Shown in pieces: positions 54,976 to 64,000 of a stretch of DNA of 64,000 bases (positions within the stretch are counted from its first letter, which is position 1; each line of letters opens with the position of its first letter). The DNA comes from Macrostomum lignano (lineage: Eukaryota), in contig NIVC01001811.1 of assembly GCA_002269645.1 (NCBI GenBank), positions 186,001-250,000 on the forward strand, in the 5' to 3' direction. A program made the translations under genes and the position numbers. Under the pieces are notes generated by a model. It ran no database searches. It was not told the origin of the DNA and saw only the letters and a program-made list of their open reading frames with translations.

Positions 54976-57900
54976 TAGTGTGTCTGTCTGTCTGTCTGTC
55001 TGTCTGTCCTCACCTGATAGGACGCCACAATCTCCCGAGCGGCAGGCCTGGCTTTCACTGTTAATTCGCGCGCCTCAGCCGCTCCGTCGGCTGCCGACGA
55101 ACCGAAGGCGGTGGCGGCGGCAGACTGCACCAGCCGCAGCTCGTGCTGGCACAGGACGGGCGACACCCACTTCCTGACGTACTTGTCAATAGCGCCTGCC
55201 AATCGCCTGTCAGTCAGTCCGGTGCGCCAATCGCGAAACATGGCGGGCACGTGGCGCAGAGTGAGCACCAACAGGTCCAAGGCCAGGCTAGACGGATCTA
55301 AACCATCGTTGCCATAGCAACAACGCCAGCCAATAGAAGAGCCGCAGTCAGCGCCCAGCGGCTGCAGCATGGCAGGCGCAGCGGGATTGGCCGGGAGTAG
55401 CGGGCAGGCAATCAGCAGCAGCTGATTAAAATAGCCGCTGCTGCTCAGCCACTCGGCCAGGCGAGCCCGCAGCTCGGCTGGCCGGGCCAGCCGGACAAGA
55501 TGTAGAAGCGTCAAGCCGTTCAACAGCTGGCTGGCCGCGCGGCGGGATTCGCCGGGCGAAGTCATCCAGGAAGCGCCGCTGACGGGCTCAGCAGAGAGCA
55601 GCCTGGAGTAGAGCGGGTCCGGGACGGGCACTGCGAATTGGCTGAGGCGCTCGTGAATGCAGTAGGGCACGGGGGCGGAGGCGGCCGCGGCGTCGGAGGC
55701 GGAGTCCTGCGCGTAGGATGTGGATTGATGTACTTTTTGCACACTTGTTTGTACTTTTATCAAAGTAATTGTTAATATGCTTTGAGGTAATTTAGGCAAG
55801 CGTGTTATTTTTATTTTAAGTATACGCGCACTTTGATTTTAAGTACACGCGCACTTTGATTTAAGTACACGAGCACTTTGATTCAAGTACACGCGCAACT
55901 TAATTAAGTACATGCGCACTTTGCTCAAGGACACGCGCACTTTGATTCAAGTACACGCGCACTTTGAGTCAAGTACACGCACACTTTGATTCAAGTACAC
56001 ACGCACTTTAATTTTAAGTCGAATTTTTAAGTAAAATGAGCACTGTTGGAAAAGTTCGCTATGAACTCGATAGACAGTAGATAACCTTACCTGTCCGAAC
56101 TCGCCAGCAGACGAGAAGGCTGCGCCGGCTGCGGTAGCGACTCCCTCAGCGACAGTGGGCAGAGAGGCGACAATCAGCTGGGCGAAGGCTGCCGACACGG
56201 GGGCTGGCTGCAGCGGATCGAAGGCCAACCGGCTGGCCCGATTCAGCAGAGTCTGCAGCGCCGGGGTCAGGCCGCTGGCCAGCAGGGCGGCGTCGTCCGC
56301 ACGAAGCTCCGGCGGAAATCGATGCGCCAGCAGCACCGGCGGCGGGCAGGAGGACAGGGCGAGGCACAGCCGGGCTAACAGGCTGTCTCTGCGGAGTTTG
56401 GTTGGTTTCAGTAGGGATTTGGGATGCTAAACAATTCAATAGATTCAAAATTGCCCGCAGAATTTTTCTGAGTCTGGTTTAAAGCTCTCAGTTCTAGAAT
56501 TTAAACTTTCACAAACTCTGAATACTATGTAACTCACCAGTCTATTCATGCCTATCAGCTACTCAATACCAAATACCTTTTATATCTCTCGATCTATAGA
56601 AGATCTATAAAAAAGGAAAAAAAAACTATATGAACTCCAAACTACCTAATTTACAGAACTCTTTAATTCCGAAACTCCATAATCCACAAAACCTCCTTAA
56701 TCCTCGAACCTCCTCAATCCTCAAACCTCCCTAATCCTCAAGACTCTCTAATCCCCAAACCTCCCTAATCCTCAAGACTCTCTAATCCCCAAACCTCCCT
56801 AATCCTCAAGACTCTCTAATCCCCAAACCTCCCTAATCCTCAAGACTCTCTAATCCCCAAACCTCCCTAATCCTCAAGACTCTCTAATCCCCAAACCTCC
56901 CTAATCCTCAAGACTCTCTAATCCCCAAACCTCCCTAATCCTCAAGACTCTCTAATCCCCAAACCTCCCTAATCCTCGAACCTCCCCAATCCCCTAAACC
57001 TCCCTAATCCTCAAGAATTTCAAATCCCCAACCGTCTCTTTTATCCCCAAAACTCCATAAATCTCAAAGTTGCTTTTCTCCCAAGCCTACTTAATCTAAA
57101 AGTTTTTCAAACTCCCAAATCCCCCAATTCCTAGAATCCTAACAACTCCCAGCCGCACCTGGCGCAGCCATCCAAATCGACAGTCAAATCAAACAGAGCC
57201 AGCTGACTCTCCAGCAGATGCGGGGCAAAGAACTCCAGCCATTCGGATCTGACGCTGCTCAAAGCTGAGCCGGACCCGCCGGAACCCGGTGTCAAACGGT
57301 CGGCCGCCACAGCGGCAACCTGACAGGCTCGGCACAGCAGCCGCCAGGCCGGATGCCTCGCCGACAGCCGAGTCAGCTGATCCACGGACAGCGAAGCGGC
57401 CGCGGCCAGCCAAGCTGTCAGCGAGCACAAAGCGAAATCCCATTGGGATTTTGATAGATCAGATCTAGACACGGCCGACTGCAGACAGGCTAATACGGTG
57501 GCATTGTCAGCTATGCGTTCGATCTGATCGCAGTCAACCAGAGCCTCGCCAGTGTCCAGTAGGAATTCCGCATCGACACTGATCTGAGCTTCAATAGCCG
57601 AATGCACTACCGGCCACTCGTGACTGTAGCGCTCGCTACTCAGCACTGCGGAGGCCAGGCGAAGCCTGCGACCGAATATTGGTCGGGCTTCACTGCCAGT
57701 TGCCGACAAGCCAGCTAGAAGTCGACAGACTGTGTCGTCGGCTAGGCGGTGGTCGGTGGAGTCTCCGGCAGCCAGGGTGTCCAGGACTGAGGGCGTACAG
57801 ACCACCTGGAGTTTGCAAGATAAGTAGCTGACGACTAATCGCAAATCAAGGTAAGTGGAAAGACTAGTAGACTAGGGAGAATGGGGATTAAATGGAAAAA

Positions 57901-60900
57901 GAGGAAGAGACAAGTGAGAGGATTAGCAGCCAAGATGAAAGGATTAGGGGCCAAGTGAGGGGATTAGCAGCCAAAATGAAAGGATTAGCAGCCAAGATGA
58001 AAGGATTAGGGGCCAAGTGAGGGGATTAGCAGCCAAGATGAAAAGATTAGGGGCCAAGTGAGGGGATCAGCAGCCAAGATGAAAGGATTAGGGGCCAAGT
58101 GAGGGGATCAGCAGCCAAGATGAAAGGATTAGGGACCAAGTGAGGGGATTAGCAGCCAAGATGAAAGGATTAGGGGCAAAGTGAGGGGATTAGCAGCTAA
58201 GATGAAAGGATTAGGGGCCAAGTGAGGGGATTAGCAGCCAAGATGAAAGGATTAGGGGCCAAGTGAGGGGATCAGCAGCCAAGATGAAAGGATTAGGGGC
58301 CAAGTGAGGGGATTAGCAGCCAAGATGAAAGGATTAGGGGCCAAGTGAGGGGATCAGCAGCCAAGATGAAAGGATTAGGGGCCAAGTAAGGGGATCAGCA
58401 GCCAAGATGAAAGGATTAGGGGCCAAGTGAGGGGATTAGCAGCCAAAATGAAAGGATTAGCAGCCAAAATGAAAGGATTAGGGGCCAAGTGAGGGGATCA
58501 GCAGCCAAGATGAAAGGATTAGGGGCCAAGTGAGGGGATTAGCAGCCAAATGAAAGGATTAGCAGCCAAAATGAAAGGATTAGCAGCCAAGATGAAAGGA
58601 TTAGGGGCCAAGTGAGGGGATCATCAGGCAAGATGAAAGGATTAGGGGCCAAGTGAGGGGATTAGCAGCCAAAATGAAAGGATTAGGGGCCAAGTGAGAG
58701 GATCAGCAGCCAAGATGAAAGGATTAAGCAAACATTGTATCGATGGCCTGAAGAAGTGAAGAGCACAACTCACCAGAGCTTCGAACTCGCGACCTCCGAC
58801 ATGAAGCAACCGATCAATCTCAGCCACTGAGCAAGCCACAAAACTAAGAAATCTTTCGCGCAGTTTATCGCCAAATTCACCGCGTTTATTGCCAAACGCA
58901 ACATCAACAAAAGCTGCCAAATGAAGCTGGACAACCGCATCGCCTTCTCCTCCATCATCACTATTGGTTGTATCCTCATTCTCATCAGACTGCTGTTGCA
59001 GCCAACGATTAAACAAGCTGAAAATATCGGCATAAATAATTTCATTATTAGGAATTCTCTGATTAACCAGATTAGCAAACGATTGCGACAGCCAACAGGC
59101 GCAGATCAGGCAGAGTCGCAGCTCGTCAATGTGTCCGGTTTGACCAGCTAAGGCGATAAGTTTAGAACTAAGAGTGCAAGAAGCCAGCGATAGCAGCCGG
59201 TTAAAAGATTTACTAGTTGCAACCAGTCGATCGGCAGGCAAAGTGAACTCTGGCGGACCGAAGCTTACCAACCAGCGCTTGTAGTCTGTCCAACATGACG
59301 GCAACAATGCCCCAACCGCATCGGGGCGCCAATCGCTAGGCCAGACTCCATCTGCCAGGTCAATGAACTGATCAGCTAATGGAGACAGGAGAATAGCGGC
59401 ACTTTCACTGCCAGCGGAAATATTGGCTAAGGCTTCAACTGCGGAGATAGCGACAGGCTTGTAGGAGGCGCCGGAGTTGAAACACTTCGGCCAGGGTGCT
59501 GTACCGCCGGAGTCCATACTCAAGTCGCTAGCTAAACAGTTGACAATCAATTGAGCAATGCTGCATTGCAATTGGAGCAGCTCATGCCCTAACTCAGTAC
59601 CTTTAGCCAGTAAATTGTCAAGCAAATCAGCTAAATCCGCTAATCTCTGAGCTAGACAGCTGCTAGTTGTAGAGTTGGACAATTTCGAGTCCGAATATTT
59701 ATTCAGTTCAAATTCGCACCGTTTAAATAACAACTGGAGCAGTAGAGGACGCAGAGAGTTCCTAGCGGGAAATTGTCGATCCGATGACTGATTACTACTG
59801 ATTAAATGTAAAGCTGGTCGAATTCTAGTCAGACCGTCAGCTGACGAGAACAATGACTCTACTAGGCTGGATAGCCAAGTGTCCAATCGTTGAGTAAGCT
59901 GAGTTAAAAGTGCATTAGCAGCCGGGTGCTTGTTGGCAGCTCTGCTAGACAGAGGCTCTAGCCAGTAGGTTAGGGCCATAGACAGCTGTTCGGGAGACAG
60001 CTGATTGGCCAAGCTGGTTAATTCCGATGGCTCCATAGTCAAAGTGGCACTGAGCATTGGACCAGCCAACACCGGAGACATGTCAGTCAGCCAGGCTGAT
60101 AGGAATTCATCCAACCCAATCGAACTGGTCAGACCAAAGCCTATGCTGGCCAACGGTGATAAGCTGCAATAAAACTGACCAATCTGATCTACTAACTCGC
60201 TTGGCAGCCATTCGGCAGAGTTGGGCGGCCAATCAAAATCGAATTCTGTTGTTGCAGTGTTGTTCAGACTAATACCACTGCTACTACTATTGACACTATC
60301 AATAGAGAGTAGCAATCTTAATTGAGAATCGATTTCAGCTCTGCCAAGACTCATAGTTGATCGCAGTTGTTTTGCGGCCAGTGCGCAGTGAAGTGGCTGG
60401 CCAAGTTGGAGGCTTCTACTAAGAGATTCCAGTAGAGCTTGGACTGGCAGGTTGGAGTTGCTGCAACTGCTTGTCAGACTGATTAATTGCAGCCAATTAA
60501 GACAAGCGCAAGGCACCAAACTGGACAGGTTTGAGTCCGTCAGGATCTGTGGGGTTGTTGGTTAATAGTTTGATTATAGAGTACTTTTAACATCCGATAC
60601 TTATAGACTACTAATATCAGTCACTTATTTAGGAATTTCAACCGTGATTTGTTAAGATTCTCAGATAGACTCAGCGATTGATTATCAGATAGACTCAGCG
60701 ATTGATTATCAGATAGACTCAGCGATTGATTATCAGATAGACTCGGCGATTGATTATCAGATAGACTCAGCGATTGATTATCAGATAGACTCAGCGATTG
60801 ATTATCAGATAGACTCAGCGATTGATTATCAGATAGACTCAGCGATTGATTCTCAGATAGACTCAGCGATATATTATCAGATAGACTCAGTGATTGATTA

Positions 60901-62081
60901 TCAGATAGACTCAGCGATTGATTATCAGATAGACTCAGCGATTGATTATCAGATAGACTCAGCGATTGATTATCAGATAGACTCAGCTATTGATTATCAG
61001 ATAGACTCAGCGATTGATTATCAGATAGACTCAGCGATTGATTATCAGATAGACTCAGCGATTGATTATCAGATAGACTCAGCGATTGATTATCAGATAG
61101 ACTCAGCGATTGATTATCAGATAGACTCAGCGATTGATTATCAGATAGACTCAGCGATTGATTATCAGATAGACTCAACACAGTAGTAGAATTGTATAGA
61201 CAAATACGAACCTTGGCGCAGGCACTGCACAGAAGTGTAACCAACCGCTCCGCATGCCCCTGAATAATAGGTCCAGAAGCAGACGAGCTGCCAGCAGCAC
61301 CAGCAGAAGCAGTCAGCGAGCATTTAATCAAATATCGGGCGCATTCTATAAAAGCAGCAGAAGGCAACAGCAACTGCTGGTTGGCTGCTGCACTTTCATT
61401 ATTCAAAATGGTCGCTTCCGCAAGCAATTGCAACAGATTAACCAGCTCTTCAAGCTCTTTGTCAACGCTCGGGCTCAATGGTAGAATGCTGAACAATGGA
61501 AGCAGACTGGGATACAACAGGCGGCCGAGAGCTGCCGGACTGGGTGTGCTTAGGAAAGTTTTCAATCGTGGCAGAAATTTTTTACGAAACGCGTGCTGAT
61601 TCCAGCACAGCTGCGGTCGGGCCCCAGCTAGACTGAGCGTGGCGTCAAGGCCGCACTGAGCCAAGCTGGGCTGCTCTGACCATAGACAGGTCATGGCTAG
61701 ATCTGCGTTGCCCTTGGCAACACGGTCAACTAACTGGCGACAACTGGCTTCCTCCTCTTCGATATTAGAATCTGCCTCAGCAACTGATGATCGATCATGG
61801 AATGTTGAACAGACGGCGGTTGCTAAGCGGAGATGAGCAGCCGATAATGGCGTGGACTGTTGGCACAGGGCGGAGTAGCGCCAAACCGATTGACCCGACA
61901 GGGCCGTTACCATAGCAACCCGATGACGCGACTCCGAACCTAAAGAAATGCTATTTAACAAGTATTGCAGGCAGCCCAGTGCTGAGCAGACCAAACGGGT
62001 GAAATCGCAATTGGTCGAGTCGAGCAGACTGGGGTCGCTTGGCTTTAAAGGTGCCGATGTGTCGAGTGTCTCCATGGCAAC
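54378..62081 (-). CDS. LTN1: E3 ubiquitin ligase listerin; N-terminal exons beyond the window
   Basis: Exons 62081-~61210, ~60443-58774, 57805-57159, 56388-56091, 55706-55014 and 54782-54378. RWD (ELLITLPADYPLG...WRRWQLQM) and RING (FEGVEDCMICYSILH...LP...C..CRKRFH..C...WF..S....CPLCR) domains. One splice junction (~61210/60443) could not be fixed exactly. Confidence 0.92.
54853..55008. repeat. (TGTC)n microsatellite in the last LTN1 intron
   Basis: Direct reading. Confidence 0.95.
55815..56012. repeat. 22-bp minisatellite aagtacacgcgcactttgatt(t/c)
   Basis: Direct reading; LTN1 intron. Confidence 0.88.
56695..57015. repeat. 34-bp minisatellite aaacctccctaatcctcaagactctctaatcccc
   Basis: Direct reading; LTN1 intron. 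Confidence 0.92.
57915..58728. repeat. 41-bp minisatellite gatgaaaggattaggggccaagtgaggggattagcagccaa
   Basis: Direct reading; LTN1 intron. Confidence 0.93.
60660..61178. repeat. 24-bp minisatellite tcagatagactcagcgattgatta
   Basis: Direct reading; LTN1 intron. Confidence 0.95.
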
Positions 62082-63009
62082 CTGGTGAGCAGTGTTAGGA
62101 TTAGTAGGGCGATATTAACAGGCTTTTAATAGCAATTTTACAGGACACTTTGAATATGCCATGAAGGGGGTGCGCGAGAACTGTAGGAAGAGCCTCATAA
62201 TTGCGCTTTGATTGCTCATAACTTTAGGTGTGTTTCATTTTATATTATAAAATTTCAATGTGGCATTTTGAATGGATTATATTGCTCATTACAATTATTA
62301 ACTAGCTGTGAAAAACCAAGTAACAAATTTTCAATACTTTAGCTTTTTCTGCTGTAAAAATTTAAACTCGGGAAGTTCGGCAGGTGAGTTGGAAGGGAAG
62401 GTGTTGCTGTATCAAGCCTACAGACCAGATATTTTTACTAAGATTATTATTATATATTTTTATCCCTAGCAAACTTTTTTGGCTAACAAAGCATTTCTCT
62501 AATGAATGGTTATCTATGGCACATATACTTCGCAAAACAGCTTTCTACTTTCAGTTCAGTAGCAAAGAAGAATACATAAGCTATTTTATAAGGATAAAGG
62601 CAACTGAGAATGAGATGGATTTGAAAAATGATAAGTTTAGAAGCCCCAAGCTTGCAGACGTAAACAACTTGCTAATTGGTTCAGCAGTAATGTACTGTAT
62701 TAGCCACTGAATTGTACAAGGCAGATTTAGGCTGAAACAACCGAGGAAGGCTATAAAAATTGGGTAGCGGGGCAGGGGTAGAGGTTCTATGTGGAGTTTG
62801 AGGGTTTAAGCTTGGGGGGGGGGAAGAGCCAATAAAAAAGCCTTGTCTTTAAAAATACATTAAAATGCTTCAGTTTAACTTACTACTGAACTTCAAGTAG
62901 CTTGCACATAAATGTGCTGAGACAGCTGAGTGGCCTATCTATTTATTCTAGTATCTGTGGCTTGGAGCGGCTTGTAACTGCTTGGGAGTAATAATAATAA
63001 TAATACTTA

Positions 63010-63262
63010 ATTACACCTGCCCCAATTGGGCCAGATGTGCAACCGACAGCTCAGCCGCAGCTATTGCGCGGCGCATCTGAAGGCTGCGTACGGCTGTTCA
63101 GTCCAGGGATTGGTGGGTCGCCACACAAACCCTCACCCCAGCTAATGCTGGCACCCATTTTACAGCTGGACGAACTGAAGCAAAACAGTGTTAAGTGTCT
63201 TGCTCAAAAGACACAAATAGTTTCGAGTGGGTGAAGAATCGAACCCCTGACCTTCATTTCGG
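63010..63262 (-). mobile_element. SINE family 2, second copy (head incomplete)
   Basis: Shares ggcgcatctgaaggctgc.tacggctgttcagtcca...ccccagctaatgc...gttaagtgtcttgct with 44170-44412. Confidence 0.7.
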
Positions 63263-63287
63263 TTGTTCGTTTGCAGGCTGTTGTTAT

Positions 63288-64000
63288 AAACAAAACAACA
63301 GATAGCATAAACAATCACCTGCAAAGTCCGATCAAAACAACAGATAGCATAAACAATCACCTGCAAAGTCCGAACAAAACAACAGATAGCATAAACAATC
63401 ACCTGCAAAGTTCGATCAAAACAACAGATAGCATAAACAATCACCTGCAAAGTCCGAACAAAACAACAGATAGCATAAACAATCACCTGCAAAGTTCGAT
63501 CAAAACAACAGATAGCATAAACAATCACCTGCAAAGTTCGATCAAAACAACAGATAGCATAAACAATCACCTGCAAAGTTCGATCAAAACAACAGATAGC
63601 ATAAACAATCACCTGCAAAGTTCGATCAAAACAACAGATAACATAAACAATCACCTGCAAAGTCCGATCAAAACAACAGATAGCATAAACAATCACCTGC
63701 AAAGTCCGATCAAAACAACAGATAGCATAAACAATCACCTGCAAAGTTCGATCAAAACAACAGATAGCATAAACAATCACCTGCAAAGTTCGATCAAAAC
63801 AACAGATAGCATAAACAATCACCTGCAAAGTTCGATCAAAACAACAGATAACATAAACAATCACCTGCAAAGTCCGAACAAAACAACAGATAGCATAAAC
63901 AATCACCTGCAAAGTCCGATCAAAACAACAGATAGCATAAACAATCACCTGCAAAGTCCGATCAAAACAACAGATAGCATAAACAATCACCTGCAAAGTC
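63288..64000. repeat. 42-bp satellite running off the window edge
   Basis: Tandem aaaacaacagatagcataaacaatcacctgcaaagt(t/c)cgatc. Confidence 0.96.

Noticed and set aside
60890-61212. IDYQIDSA ORF and the SLSDNQ tail of ORF 60987-62075
   Set aside because: A 24-bp intronic repeat read through a splice donor.
63160-63996. 278-aa LQVIVYAICCFDRT-repeat ORF
   Set aside because: Translation of a 42-bp satellite inside an LTN1 intron.

Overview
Eukaryotic (metazoan) genomic DNA with GT-AG introns and very high intronic minisatellite content. The style resembles the flatworm Macrostomum, but this is an inference, not a lookup. No bacterial features or CRISPR array were found. From left to right: FANCD2 (+, 9 exons, start outside the window); GINS1/Psf1 (+, 2 exons); a ~29-kb cluster of seven paralogous three-exon genes for small secreted proteins (signal peptide + PAN/Apple + LamG/ConA-like domain) plus two orphan terminal exons; a LOA-type LINE inserted just before the stop codon of one paralog; a broken Mcr-like thioester-family gene (-) split by an intron-containing Ginger-type DNA transposon; ABRA/STARS (-); and LTN1 (-, start beyond the right edge). 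The standout signal is in the PAN-LamG cluster. A ~525-bp block (PAN exon + intron 1 + most of exon 2) is near-identical across the copies in both orientations (copy G leaves it slightly earlier), while the leaders and the C-terminal half of the LamG domain are highly divergent, and at least one copy is a chimera. This pattern suggests gene conversion and cassette shuffling of constant and variable halves. All exon structures were read by hand and protein family calls come from remembered motifs, not database searches.
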